Shown here piece after piece: positions 13,410 through 26,883 of a DNA stretch of 64,000 bases (the first letter of the stretch is position 1; each line of letters starts with the position of its first letter). Origin of the DNA: Octopus bimaculoides (Eukaryota); NCBI RefSeq assembly GCF_001194135.2, contig NC_068982.1, forward strand, positions 75,687,534 through 75,751,533, in the 5' to 3' direction. The position numbers were made by a program, and so were the translations under genes. Under the pieces are notes generated by a model that ran no database searches, was not told the origin of the DNA, and saw nothing but the letters and a program-made list of their open reading frames with translations.

Positions 13410-13505
13410 CTGTGAATGTACCCCAAAGAATGGACAGCATTAATAGCAAGGACCATTTCTGTCAGATAAAATCGAGCCATTTTTTCATCAAAAATATCAT
13501 TGTAT
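13410..13505 (-). CDS. CIT: Citron kinase coding exon (96 bp), not in ORF track
   Basis: tttcag acceptor, gttagt donor; phase 2 at both ends. Encodes (R)[31 protein letters not shown](R). Confidence 0.92.
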
Positions 13506-14409
13506 CTGAAATGAAAACAAAAATCAAACATTTAGTAGATATGTAAGATATGATGATATAGTATCAAAAGTAAAGACTGCAATGAGAATGAATATAAAAC
13601 ATAGTAAACAGATGTCATAATTGTTTTTTTAGAGATTACCACTGCACAATGAATAGTATCATAGATTTTTCTATACAAACTATGAGAAGCATTTAGTCAA
13701 AAGTATTTTTTGACATCAGTGTTTGCTGCATACTGCATCAGGCTTGTTTTCTATCAATCTATATTTCAATAATGACCTAGAATATAAAGGCTGAATTACA
13801 ATAACTGGTATATACACTTAATGAAGTAAATTTTTGCATTTAACAGTATTAACATCATTTTCATTTGTCCATGCTTGTATGGGTCAGTCAGAAGTCAGTG
13901 AAGCAGATATTCTATGGTTGGATACTTTTATTTTGTTGCCAACCCTCACTTGTTTCCAAGCAAGGCAATATTTCTGCAAGTCAGAATGTACTTCAATGGA
14001 AGACTGGAATTGAACTACATCATGTGTATGATGGTTATAACCATCAGATGATATCAAGACAAAGGAATAGAGACTGACACACACACATATATAAACAATG
14101 GACTTCTTCTGAATCACGCAATCATGCTGCAGCCTTTTATATTTAATGAGGTGGTCATCCAGACAGTTACTAAAACATGTATTTATTCTTGTGTAAACTA
14201 TTTTGCCCAAATCTTCTACAGATAACCAGATAACCTGTCGTTATTAACTTACAGAATGGAGGCATTTTTCAATACAAAAGAACACAGTCTCATCACAAAT
14301 TTGGTAAAATAGTGAAAAGAGGAGTGTTTAGAAGTGCCTACACTTGCACACAGCACTATTCAAGTGATCTGACCTTTGTGTTGTGTGCAAGTGATCTGAC
14401 CTTTAATTA

Positions 14410-15524
14410 CAAGGGGTGTTCATTAAAGATTTCCCCTGACTCACTTCCCAAGGACTGGGATAAACAAAACTTGACATGATTATTAATCCTTCTATACATA
14501 ACCACCATCAATGGTGACACATTGCTTTATACAGCTGTGAAGATCTCGTCTGTAGAAGTCATTAGGTTGCGTCTGGAGCCAAGATTTTACCTTGGAAATA
14601 AGTTCATCATTATCTGAAAAATGCCTCCCCTTCAAAAAAGACTTCATGTTTGAAAAGAGGTGAAAGTCAGATGGTGTGAGGTCAAGAGAGTAAGTGGGGT
14701 GAGGAAGGATTTAGTAGCTGCAGGAGTGTGCTTTCATCTGAGCAACATGTGCATTGTAAACTGGGGTGTTGTCTTGGAAGAGGCGGACTCCCTTGATCAG
14801 CATGCCACGCCTCTCTGCTTTGATGGTGTCCTGCAATTTCTGCAGCAGAGGAGCATAATTGTGGTGCCCTTTGCCAGAAAATTCTTCATCACTACTCCAC
14901 ATGGGTCCCAAAAGACAGTGAGCATCACCTTGCTTGCTGAAGGTTGAACATGATCCTTCTTTTGAGGTGGTGAGTTATGCTTGCATTGCTTCTAGTGGAC
15001 TTTAGTCTCTGGATCATAGTGATGAAGTCACGTTTCATCTTGTGTGATAAGTCCGCTGAAAAAGTCCTCCTCAGCTAGTAGCCGAATAGTTACGCAGTGA
15101 TCCTCCAAAATGGTGGCTCCCTCTTTATGGATGGTGTCGTCATCTATGGTGGAATGTGGTCATCCAGGAAGAGGAGAAGTTTCCACTGACCATATTTCCA
15201 GATGTTCAACCACTTTTGATATGGTGATGCCAGTGCTTGACTACGTCGTATGCTGATGCATTGTCATCATAAACTTCTTTCAGCTCATCGAAAGTCTCTT
15301 TTGGTGTACGACCTTTCAAGAACCTGATTACTGATCTGCATTCAACTGCCTCCATTATAAGATCTTAGTCCACTTCAGTAACAAATAAAAGACAAATGAA
15401 TACTAGTGGAAAGCTGCAATTTACAATGTGACATGTAGAGATATGTATGATTATACCTGTACAAGTTCTATTTCCTGCAATAACTGGAAGTAGATCAGGG
15501 GAAATCTTTAATGAACACCTCTTG
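14410..15524 (-). mobile_element. Mariner-family DNA transposon with both ends, decayed transposase
   Basis: 30-bp TIRs CAAGGGGTGTTCATTAAAGATTTCCCCTGA / TCAGGGGAAATCTTTAATGAACACCTCTTG (1 mismatch), TA on both flanks. Peptide YAPLLQKLQDTIKAERRGMLIKGVRLFQDNTPVYNA. Confidence 0.9.
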
Positions 15525-15649
15525 TACATCATTCAAATCATTTTTGTATCTTTCTTTCACAAGGCACCAGCCCATTTTAATTGCATGTCTATCCTAGATA
15601 GATTTAGGCCATTACTGAACCAGCTAAAGTCTTAGTCTTTCAAATCATA

Positions 15650-15990
15650 TTTTGTAGGCTACTTGAATAGGGAGTTGTTGTTTGCAAAGATGTATCTGGG
15701 GGTCAGTGGTTTATCTGTAATTTCTTGGAGGAATTTGTCAAGGTACTGTTTGAATGTTATATATTTTGGAATACTGACATAAAAAAAGGTTGCATCATAA
15801 TGTTATGTTGTGTGAGCTCAATTTTGTAAGGAGCATATGGCACAAGAGATAAGCAGGAAAGACCTTGAGTAACTTATGAACTTGATACTGGCATCATTTG
15901 GACAGTGTTGATGAAATATTTTTCAAATTGTACAAATGATGCAGCACTCACGGAGACACTGGACAGAATAACATTTGAACTTTTTAAGTC
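15650..15990 (-). mobile_element. CR1/L2-like LINE 3' fragment (very decayed)
   Basis: Minus strand FKQYLDKFLQE...DKPLTPRYIFANNNSL resembles the CR1-group ORF2 terminus and the fragment at 35130-35604. Confidence 0.4.
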
Positions 15991-16698
15991 AATCCCAATA
16001 GTAAAGACTTGAAATGCCATTAATTTTTTTTTTTTTTTTTGGTGATTGATCTCTGGGGTGCTTATTAGCTATGTATTATTTCATTTTAACCCATACATAC
16101 ACTGTTATTGTACTCCTTATTGCACAATGCAATAAGGTTTTAGTCTAAATCCCACTCAGTCAAAGTTTCTTTTTCTTCATCTTGCAAGTTCCTTGGTGAT
16201 CTCTTTTGTGCCAGTGTCATGAAAAAGCATACAAAACATTCTGCAAAATGACTGAATTATGAAGGGCAGCCAGCTATAGAAACCATGCCAAAGCAGATAT
16301 TAGAGATTGATGCAGTCTTCCAGTTCATTAGATCCTGTCAAACTGCTCAACCAATGCCAAATGAGGATGATAATCTTACAACAAATCATTTGCCAAATAA
16401 GTATAATTCAGAAGAAAAAAAAATACTGTTCAATTTTTGAACATTATTCTTTCCTTTGTTAAGCTACAGCTCCTTTTACAAATAGATGATAAGTAATGTT
16501 AATTATTCAGTGAGAAAGAGTAGAGAGACCAATGAAGAGCTCTACCAAAAACATTTGTTACTAACCCTTACCATGTTTTCCTACTGTTTGATTTTTATCT
16601 AACTTTAATTTCCTCGTAATTTCTATCTCCCTTCTTATTCTATTTTTTCTTCTTATATACTCTTATACACTATTTTATTCTTTAATCCTTCAATTCCT

Positions 16699-16699
<1 letters not shown>

Positions 16700-16738
<39 letters not shown>

Positions 16739-17033
16739 GCTGGTAGAATTTACTCTATTCTGTCTAATATTCACAACTGCTCTGGTCCACTATCATAGTT
16801 TCCTATCCCTCTATTCTATACCCCACTCAATTGAGGGATCTTATATTGCAGGTACTTGGTGACCTCACCAGTGCTTGTGCCACATAAAAAGCACGCAGTA
16901 CAATCTTAAGTGATTGATATTAGGAAGGGTATCCAGCTGTAGAAACCATGCCAAAGCAGACACACAACCCTCTGGTTTGTTCTGTCCTTGTTAAACCTTC
17001 CAACTCATGTCAGCATGGAAAAGGGTACATTAA

Positions 17034-17065
<32 letters not shown>

Positions 17066-17490
17066 GGTGGTAAGCTGGCAGGATTGTTAGCATGTTGGAC
17101 AAAATGTTTAGTAGGAATTTCTTCTGGTTTTACCATTTGGGTTCAAATTCCACTGAGGTTAACCTTGTCTTTCATCCCTTTGGGATTGATAAAATAAACA
17201 CTGGTATCAAAATAATTCACTCACCCTGTCCTTCAAAACTACTGGCTTTGTACCAAATTTAGAAAGAATTATTATTATAATGGGGGCAAGCAACAAAATG
17301 CCCAGTAATAATTCTGACTTACTATGTTCTGAATTAAAATTCTGCCAGGGTTGTCTTTGCCTTTCATCCCTCCGGGGTCAATACAATAAAGCACCAGTCA
17401 AGTATTGGGGTCAATTGTATTGACTAAGTCCCACCTGCCCCTACAATTGCTATTCTCCTGCCAAAATTTGAAACCAGTATTATCATTAAT
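16700..17490 (+). mobile_element. Head-to-tail S1 SINE copies separated by (ATT)n, with an RTE tail at about 16850-17030
   Basis: (ATT)n at 16701-16737 and 17033-17063, each followed by an AAGCTGG(C/T)AG head; complete S1 copies at about 17065-17270 and 17280-17490. Confidence 0.7.
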
Positions 17491-17499
17491 TTATGTATT

Positions 17500-19720
17500 T
17501 CAAAATGTTTTATCTCTCACCCCCTATGATGGAATGTAGATGGGTTTACTCTTGGATAACAAGTCACCACCTGTAACCTCACCCACCGAAGAACTTTCAA
17601 ATTATCTACACCATTCCTAATAAGCATGTCAGTTGCATGTATTCTATGTACTTCTGCAAGCCAATCTTTTCTATCCACACCTTGAGCCTCTTCCCTGTTG
17701 TTCCTAAGAGTTCAATGACAATTGGTACAACGTCACTTTTTCTGCAACCCCACAATCTGCTTATCTCTTTCTTCAGGTACTGGTATATCTTCTTTTTATC
17801 TTTTTACCTGCTTCAATCGTTAGACTGTGGCCATGCTGGGGCACTGCCTTGAATTTTTAGTCAAATGAATTGAGCCCAGTACTTATTCTATTGGTTTCTT
17901 TTGTTGTTGAACAATTAAGTTACAGAGATGTAAACACACCAACACCAGTTGTCAAGTGGTGATGGGGGAGGGGGGGGGGTCAATCACAGACACACAAAGA
18001 TATATGGTGGGCTTCTTTCAGTTTCTGTTTATCAAATCCACTCACAAAGCTTTGGTCAACCTGAGGCTATAGTAGAAGACACTTGCCCAAGGTACCATGC
18101 AGTGGGACTGAACCCATAAGCATGTACTTGGGAAGCAAGCTTCTTACCACACAGCCACTCCTGTTCCTATGTCTACCTTGTTGATTTCTTTTTTTTTTTT
18201 TGTTAATTCTTGTCTCAAATGGACAGGCCACATCAATAATATAGCAAGTCTGTTCCCTTTTCTCAAACACCAAGATATCTAGTCTGTTATGCTCTAGGAC
18301 ATGGATAGGAAAGTCTCAAAGTTTAACCTCATCATTCTCAGTTACTTTTTTAGGTGCATATTCACATAACTTGTGCACTGATGGAAGTTCATACTGGTTA
18401 TACATTTGCCAGTGGATGATCTTTGTAACATTATCATGTTTCCAAGATTTGTACTGCTTCTGACTGAGTTTGAGACATTCACTTACTATGTGGGTTATTG
18501 TTTCTTCTCCTTCATCGCACAACCTGCACAATTGCAACACATTGACCCCTACCCTACATTTTTACACTATTTGTCCAGAGGACTCAATCCTGAGCTGCCA
18601 TGATTAATCCTCCTGTCTCATGTTTGAGAATCCCCTTTTACAACCAATTCTTTGCCCCTTTCCACCTCAGTATTCTTCAAAAACTGAGTGTGTAAATGTT
18701 TTTCCATATAACTTTGCTTTTTTATTTCAAATATGTCATCTTTTGTGTGCCCTTCTAGTATGTTTGTATTGCTTACTACTGCTAGCAATTCTTCAGTGCT
18801 TTTGTTAACATGTTGACTGTGACTTTTCACTTCCGTGTTCACACAATCCTCCACACAGATCAATCTCCTTCCTCCATATTTATGTTTCATGTACAGCCTG
18901 TTCACACCTGTCCTTTAATGCTAAACTTTGTACATTGTCATTATTTTCCAGTGTTTTTCAATCAATATCATGCAGTTCCAATTCACAAGACCTGCCATGT
19001 ATCTCACAGCTCTTGAATTTATTGCTTCTACAATGTTTCTAGAATTTAACTTAGACTTCAGCATCAATTTGATTCTTCTGAAGTACTCCTTTGAAACGGT
19101 TTCCTTCATTTCTCTGTTTCTGAATGTATCTGATTCCAAAATTCACAAAAACCTGTATCCTTGACCTTTTTCTAAACTTTTCATTACCTGATTATTAGGC
19201 AGTTCAAGACCTTAACTACTTTACTTTCCCTCTCTTCAGTATCAAAATTCCAAATTCCATGTGTATGTCATTATTGAGGATTCTTATTGTGTTCACCAGG
19301 ATGCTAAGTTGATCTTCATTTTGCCCATAAAGCTTTAAATCATCCATTTATATATAGCAGGTGGCTAACCACTCCTACTCCATTTCCCAAATCATTTTCT
19401 GCATTAACATCTCTAAAATCCATTGACAGAGGTATTAATATCAGCACAAACGAAAGTAATGAGAGACTATCTTCCTGAAATATTCCTCTTCTGATGTTCA
19501 TTGTACCCAATTATTTTCCTAGAGATGTAAATTTTGTTTTCCGGGATTTCCTACATCTTTTTAGCAATCTTTGCACATTCTCTGCCACTCCAAATATTTT
19601 CATACATTTCCCTATCCAGCTATGAGGTACCATATCATAAGCCTTTTTGTAGTCTCCATGACAGCATGCTGGCAGACAGAATCGCTAATGCACTGAACAA
19701 AATGCTTATAACATTTCTTT
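17500..19720 (-). mobile_element. R4/Dong-like LINE (RT to restriction-like endonuclease), split by SINE insertions at about 17815-18180
   Basis: KAYDMVPHSW, NIRRGIFQEDSLS, MDDLKLY, EYFRRIKLMLKSKLNSRN, RLYMKHKYGGRRLICVEDC, CRLCDEGEETITHIVSEC, CYIIDVACP and LWGCRKSDVVPIVI occur in the expected order, with stops and frameshifts. Confidence 0.88.
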
Positions 19721-22189
19721 TGGGTTTATTTTCTGTGTTCTAACATCACCAAGGTTGATTTTCTTTTTCATCCTCTTGATAAAATAAGTACCAGTTCAGT
19801 ACTGTTGACAAAATAATTAGCTTCCCCCACCCCTCAAAATTGCTGGCCTTGTACCAAAATTAGAAAGAATTATTCTAAGTAGTATTTCTTTATAGACTTA
19901 CTCTATTTTTTTCATGGTTTTCATTGATGGAAAAGTGCTATTGAAACATTACCCAATTTTTCTTCTCTAGCACACTATTATCCCATTTTTTTTCTTTCTT
20001 TTTTATATTTATCGAACAGAAACTTGCTTGCTGATGCAAGTCATCTCTGGTCTCTTCAAATTCTACTTACTATTTAAGCTTTCAACTGATACAGTTGCAA
20101 TTCAATAGCATAGACTAAGTACCTTCTCTTCTTTTAACAATGGATTGAAATATGCTTGCCAATAATGATTCACACTTGAAGGAGCTTTACAAAGATATAT
20201 CATAGATATTGCTATGCTCAACAACAATTTTATATTACTTATATGGAGTGAAGTGACTTTTTTTCTTTCTTTAATAATATAAAGATTATTTTAATCTTAT
20301 ATCTCTCATAATTCTAAATCATATCTCTTAAAATTACTTTGTAATGTATTCCTTTTACCTCTTCAATTTTTTTTCATTCATAATAAAGAAGTAGCTCTAT
20401 GGTAAGAAGTTTGCTTCCCAACCACATAGCTCTGGATTCAGTCCCTCTGCATGGCAACTTGGGCAAGTGTTTTCCACTATAGTCCCAAGTTGACCAAAAC
20501 CTTGTGAATGGATGTGGTAGATGGAAACTGAAAGGAACCTGATGTGCATGTGTGTATGTGTTATTGTCTCTTTACCTTGACATCATGTGTCACTGTCATG
20601 CAAGCAGTGTCTTTTGTTTCTAACCTTTTTTGAAAACATGTCTGGCAATGCCAAATTAATACCTTGCTTGGAAGCAAATGAGGATTAGCAACAGGAAGAG
20701 CATCCAGTTATAGGAAATCCAATTGAACAAAATCCCATCTGATCCACATGGACATGGAAAAGTGGACATTAAAATGACTATTGTCTTCAGGGAAAATAAA
20801 GTTACATTCTAAAAGTTTGTAAAATATTTTACCCCCTAACACCAACAGAAAATATTCAACATGTAACAAAGTACAAACTACAGAGAATATAACATGAAAA
20901 TGTTTGATCTTAGCTACTAAATGCAAAGTATCTTCTAACTTGATGTGGTGTTCTTTAAACCGAGTCAGCAACCATTGTTTCATGAATATTCATGAGAAAC
21001 ATCAGCAAGCTTCCAATAAATAGCGCATCTGAACTTCTTGAACTCAGACATCACTAAGAGAATTTCACAAGGCATTAAAATAAATCCTCAATATCACATG
21101 TCAAATCTGATCACATTTTCCAAGTTCCTAAAGGTACTTTTCACATTTGTGGTTAAGAAGATGGCTTCTCAATCACGTGGCTTTGGGATTAATTTTACTG
21201 AACAGCACTTTGGGCAAGTGTTTTCCACTGTAGCTACCGGCCAACCAATGCCTTGTGAGTGACACAAAGCCCACCATGTGTGAGTGAAAGGATATGTATA
21301 AGTGCATGCATGTATGTCTGTGTGAATGCTTACATCCTGTGTGTTTTGAATGATAAAGTATTGAGCTACAAGTAGTTTGTTGTCATTTTTCAGTGAACAA
21401 ATTGTCCACTAGCTCTAAGCTTTCAAAGTTGTGAGAAATAAAATATCCTCTAGGTAAGGTTTTGCAACAACAAGGTCATCTGACTGTAAAACAATGTCTC
21501 AATAATATATATCTATCTAACTCCTGTTGGCATGGAAAAATAGACATAAAACAAACATATAATAAAACCTCTTGTACACAGAAACAGCTATACATTCACA
21601 TGTTGTTCAACTGATATGCATGCACACACACACATGTATTTTCACAATAACCGAGAAACAAATGAGGATAGAGCTAGATAGGAGGTAACCTGAAACCTGC
21701 TAGATCAGAATAGCAGAAGTCACTGCAGTAGTGATAAGTGAGGCAACAAAAGTGATATCTGTGAAACACAAGAAATTAGCAATTGTAAGGTCTAATACTT
21801 GTAGTAACTCTGAAATTTTTAGCTAGGTGTTGTGATTCATATAAAAGCCATGACCCTTAACACAATGAGTAATTGACTTTTTGTGTTGTAGAAGGAAATT
21901 AGGTCATCATATCTCCATTGATAAATATTTTGAAGTATTTTATTCATGCAGCTCGAGGTGACTATGATAAATAAGAAACTGCTGCAAGTAGAACCTTTCT
22001 GCAGGCAAAGAGTAGTGACCCTGAGATACCTGCTGATGATATGGAAGAGATTCTAACATTGCAATGAATTTAGAGCTTGCAAAACCTCTGAGTAGCTCCT
22101 TAGTTTCTGCATGGGGCAAAATATCTCTGATATTTATTTCACCTCACATGTAGGCTGTATGTGTACGGCACATGTCTAATAACATTTAA

Positions 22190-22410
22190 CCCTTTTGATA
22201 CAAAACTGCCTGAGGCTGCACTAGCTCTAGGGTACAAGCTTCTTGTTTTAAAGTGACCTAAATTAAAACCTGCCATCAAAATTTGATGTTCATTTATGTT
22301 TTAAATACTTCCTTAATAACTACAAAGCTATTTTACTAAATTCTACATTATTTTCAAAATCACTTGAAACAAAAGTAGTGTATTTCAACAGAAATATGAT
22401 AATGAAAAGG
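22190..22410 (+). mobile_element. piggyBac-type MITE
   Basis: TTAA on both flanks (22186-22189 and 22411-22414), termini CCCTTTT...AAAAGG; homologous inverted copy at about 32995-33180. Confidence 0.65.
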
Positions 22411-22699
22411 TTAACGAAGAATGAAGGGTGGTATTGTTTATATAAGTATTTATGTAGTTGGAAATGACAGCAAATTCATTAATGTGCAGAGAGGGGGAGG
22501 AGAGAGAGAGAAAGGGAGGGAGAATATATATGTATTTGTATATTTTCATATTGGTGAAAGTGGGATGCCTCAAAAATAAAATTAATGTATATAGAGACAA
22601 TACCCAGTCACTTGCCACCAGAAAATGCATTGCTTGACCTATTAGACAGCCCATAACCAATGACAATATAATTCACAAAATGCAGGTTATAAAATTGAA

Positions 22700-23010
22700 A
22701 GAAATTTAATATATAATGTAGGTGGTGGAGAGCACACAATTCTCTTGAAGATTTGGTTCTATCAAAAACATAAAGGTAATTGTGAAGGGAGAGAGAGTCA
22801 ACGTGATGAAGGAAGTGGTTGATTACGACAGTTTCCATTACATTTGGGATGATGGTGAGGATAATAGCAAGGTCAAAGAAGTAGTCCTTCTAGGAGATGA
22901 ATCCTTGTAGAAAGATGGGAGGTAGTTCTAGGGAACATTGTTTGAGAGTAAAGCAAAGAACTATTGGTAGAGTTCGTCACTTTGTTGAACTGGAGTAATC
23001 TAAGAGATTT
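22700..23010 (-). mobile_element. CR1/Jockey-group RT fragment (decayed)
   Basis: ...IIPNVMETVVINHFLHHVDSLSLHNYLYVFDRTKSSRELCAL resembles the RT N-terminal motif RPISL...SKVMERII...QYGFR..RST. Confidence 0.45.
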
Positions 23011-23368
23011 TCAACTTAGCTGTGTGTGTGCATGCATTTGCATGTAACTGTTTACATCTGCAATGGTTTGTATGAATGTGTGGACAGGTGATGGTGGTGG
23101 TGGTGGTAGTTTCTCCTGCCAATGTATTGTCTAGTCACTTTGTGCCTTTGAAGCTGAGTAAGAAATCCTTTACTTGAAAAACAAGAAAAAGTTAGTGACA
23201 GGAAGGTCACCAAACTGTAAAACAATGCTGTGAATATATTTGTCTAACTGATGCAAGCATGCAATAGCATATAAAACAACCAAAGGATAAATGTATTGTC
23301 ACTCCAGAGAGTGTTATAATAGGGGAGAGAAAGGGAATACTAGATTATTCTGGATTTCAGTTGATATA

Positions 23369-24145
23369 TCATCATCATCATTTAACATCCATTGTCCATA
23401 CTGGCATAGGTTGGATGGTTTGACCAGGACTGGCAAGTTGGAAGGCTGCACCAGGCTCCAGTCTGATTTGGCATGGTTTCTATGGCTGGATGCCCTTCCT
23501 AATGCCAACCATACTGAGAGTGTAATGGGTGCTTTTACATACTACTGGCATGGGTGCCATTTGCATGACACCGGGATCTGCCACGATTGCAGTTTTACTT
23601 GGCTTGATGGGTCTGCTTCTCAAGCACAGCATAATGTCAAATGGACTCGATCATTGCCTCCATGAGGCCCAACGCCTGAAAGGTGCTTTTATGTGCCACC
23701 AGCACAGGTGCCATTTGTGTGACAGTGGTATCTGCCTTGAATGTGATTTTTCTTGGCTTGATGGGTCTTCTTCTCAAGCACAACATAACACCAAATGTCT
23801 TGTCATTGCCTCTATGAGGCCCAACACTTGAAAGGTGCTTTTTACGTGCCACCAGCATGGGTGTCAGTTATGTGCTATCAGCATCAGCCACGACTATGTT
23901 ATCACTTGGCTTGATGGGTCTTCTCAAGCACAGCATATCGCCAAAGGTCTTGGTCACTAGTCATTGCATCTGTGAGGCCCAAAGTTTGAAGATCATGCTT
24001 CACCACCCTGTCCCGTGTCTTCCTGGATCTACTTCTTCCACAGGTTCCCTCCATAGTTAGAGATTGGCACTTCTTTACACAGATGTCCTTGTCCATATGC
24101 ATCACATGACCATACCAATGCATTTGTCTCTCTTGCACATCACAG
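23369..24145 (-). mobile_element. RTE LINE 3' fragment with three tandem ORF2-end/hairpin modules of about 153 bp
   Basis: Peptide WYGHVMHMDKDICVKKCQSLTMEGTCGRSRSRKTRDRVVKHDLQTLGLTDAMTSDQDLWRYAVLEKTHQAK*, modules anchored at GGTGCTTTT (23528, 23682, about 23834), (GAT)n tail. Confidence 0.88.
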
Positions 24146-24919
24146 TTCTGACAACACTGGAGCTGAATGAAATCCAGCTACCTGGAAATCGCAACTGTTT
24201 TTAGCTTATCAGTTGCAACCCCAAATTGAAATTAATTCAAACAAATGCAATTAAATCAACTGACAAAAGGAAAAATTTGGGACAATTTAGCAAGCTGATC
24301 CATAAATTTCCAATTCAAATAAAGTTTGTCACACTTTCTCTCTTTCAACATGCCAGTAAGATCACAGCTGGGGCAAATCAATAAGGAAGAATTAGATAAC
24401 TGGCTATAGAATCAATGGCTTGTTTCTTATTAATAATAATGCTTAGTGCAAAGCAATACCACTTGATTCTCAATATCATTTACTGTATTTTACAGCATGG
24501 AATATGCACTTTTCTTGTAGATACCTTCCACAATGCTAGTTGAGAAGTTGTTGCTATGGGTTTCTGAAATCAACAGGATGGTTGATAGCAGTTCTAGTCA
24601 GTGGTGGGAGGTAGTGATGAGTATAGTATGATCACCATTGCATATCACATGAATAATCACAGCATAGTTAAAGTGAAGAGGATAGTATTGTATACTAAAA
24701 TAATACTTGGCAGCAAACTGATTTCACTCAACAACATGCATAAGTACTCTATTGGTCTGTCCACCAGTTTTGTTAGGTAACAGGTATTTAGTATGTACCT
24801 ACTGAACACATGGATGCAGTTTTGTTAGGTATAATTTTTTACCACAAGGAACACTCGATGTTATGTCATCACTATCTTCACTTTCAATACTTTTATGAAC
24901 TACACATCACTATTTTATT

Positions 24920-26883
24920 ATCAGGTGATTCATGAAGGAGTCATACCCAATGACTGGTGTAGCAGCACCATAGTCAACTGATACAAAGGTAAAGGCAATG
25001 CCTTAGATAGAAATAATTACAGGGGTATCAAATTGTTGGTTTGGGTGATGAAAGTTACAGAGAGAGACGTAGCCCAACTAATTAGGGAGTTAGTCTAGAT
25101 GTGATGCAGTTTGGTTTTGTGCCAGGGAGAAGCACCACTAATGCTATATTTCTGGTATGGCAATTGCAATAGAAATACATAGCCAAAGATAAACCTTTGT
25201 ACTTAGCTTTTGTTGACTTGGAAAAAGCTTTGACTGGATTCCCCAATCCCTTATCTAGTGGTCAATGCGGAAACTAGAGATAGACGAGTGGCTGGTGAGA
25301 GCTGTACAACCCATGTACAGTGACACTACAAGTAAGGGTTCACTAAGGATCGGTCTAAGCCCCTTCTTCATCATAGTCCTGCAGACAATAACAGGAATTT
25401 AAGACAGGCTGCTCCTGAGAGCTCCTCTAATGCTGATGACCTTGTTCTTATAGCTGAATCACTAGCAGAACTAGAGAAGAAGTTTGAGGTATGGAAGCAA
25501 GGTCTAGAATCAAAGGGCCTTAGAGTTAACCTAGAAAAAAAAAACCAAAGTCTTAGAAAGTAAGAAGCCAGACAAATCACAAATCCCTTCAGGTAGATGA
25601 CCCTTCTTGATCTGTAGAAAAGGTGTAGGTAGTAACTCTGTAGGTATTAATACCCAGTGTAAGATTTGGACACATATAAGGTGCAGCAACAACTTTTGTG
25701 TGTGGCAGATGCACAGGTACAAAAAACACAGAAAATGTACAGAAAATAAACTCCATCAACTGCCATGGGGGTAAGCTAGAGGTAGTAGATAGCTTCCGTT
25801 ATCTAGGTGATCAAGTTAGCAGTGGAGGTGTATGCTCTGAGAGCATAGCTGTGAAAATAAGATTAGGCTGGGCAAAGTTTAGAAAGCTCCTGCCTCTACT
25901 GGCAACAAAGAGCCTCTCTCTCAGAGTGAAAGGCAGATTATATGATGCCTGTGTGCGAACACCTATGCTACATGGCAGTGAAACAGGGACTGTGACAACC
26001 GAGGACATGCGTAGGCTTGAAAGAAATGAAGCCAGTATGCTTCGCTGGATGTACAATGTCAGTGTGCATGTTTGACAGAATGTAAGCATCTTGAGAGAAA
26101 CATTAGACATAAGAGGCATCAGATGTGTAGTGCAAGACAGACGAATGCAATGGTATGGTCATGTGATGCATATGGACAAGGACAGCCATGTAAAGAAGTG
26201 CTGATCCCTAACTGTGGATGGAACCTGTGGTAGAGGTAGACCCAGGAAGACATGGGATGAGGTGGTGAAGCATTGTCTTTGAACTCTGGGCCTCACAGAG
26301 GCAATGACTAGTGACCAAGACCTTTGGCAATATGCTGTGCTTGAAAAGACACATCAAGCCAAGTGAAATTGCTGGTGTCACGTAACTGGCACCTGTGCAG
26401 CTGGCATGTAAAAAGCACTCACTGAGCGTTGAGCCTCATGGAGGCAAAGTGGTTGAGCTTCCTAGTGTTGAACCTCACAGAGGCAATGATCGAGACCTTT
26501 GACATTATGTTGTGCTTGAGATGACCCATCAAGCCAAGTAAAATCACATTCGTGGCAGATACCACTGTCAAACAAATGGCACCTGTGCTGGTGGCACATG
26601 AAAGCATCTTTCAAGCGTTGGGCCTCATGGAGGCAATGACCAAGTCCATTTGACATTATGCTGTGCTTGAGAAGACCCATCAAGCCAAGTGAAACTGCAG
26701 TCATGGCAAATACCAGTGTCATGCTGGTGGCACGTAAAAGCACCCATTACATTCTCAGAGTGATTCGTGTTAGGAAGGGCATCCAGCCATAGAAACCATG
26801 CCAAATCAGACTGGAGTCTGATGCAGCCTTCCAGCTTGCCAGTCTTGGTCAAACCGTCCAGCCCATGCCATCATGATGATGAT
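24920..26883 (+). mobile_element. RTE LINE, 5'-truncated and internally deleted, with reiterated 3' modules
   Basis: Colinear with 48905-51630 (PNDWCSSTIVN, ADDLVLIAES, EVVDSFRYLGDQVSSGG, KGRLYDACVRT); (GAT)n tail at about 26874-26883. Confidence 0.9.
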
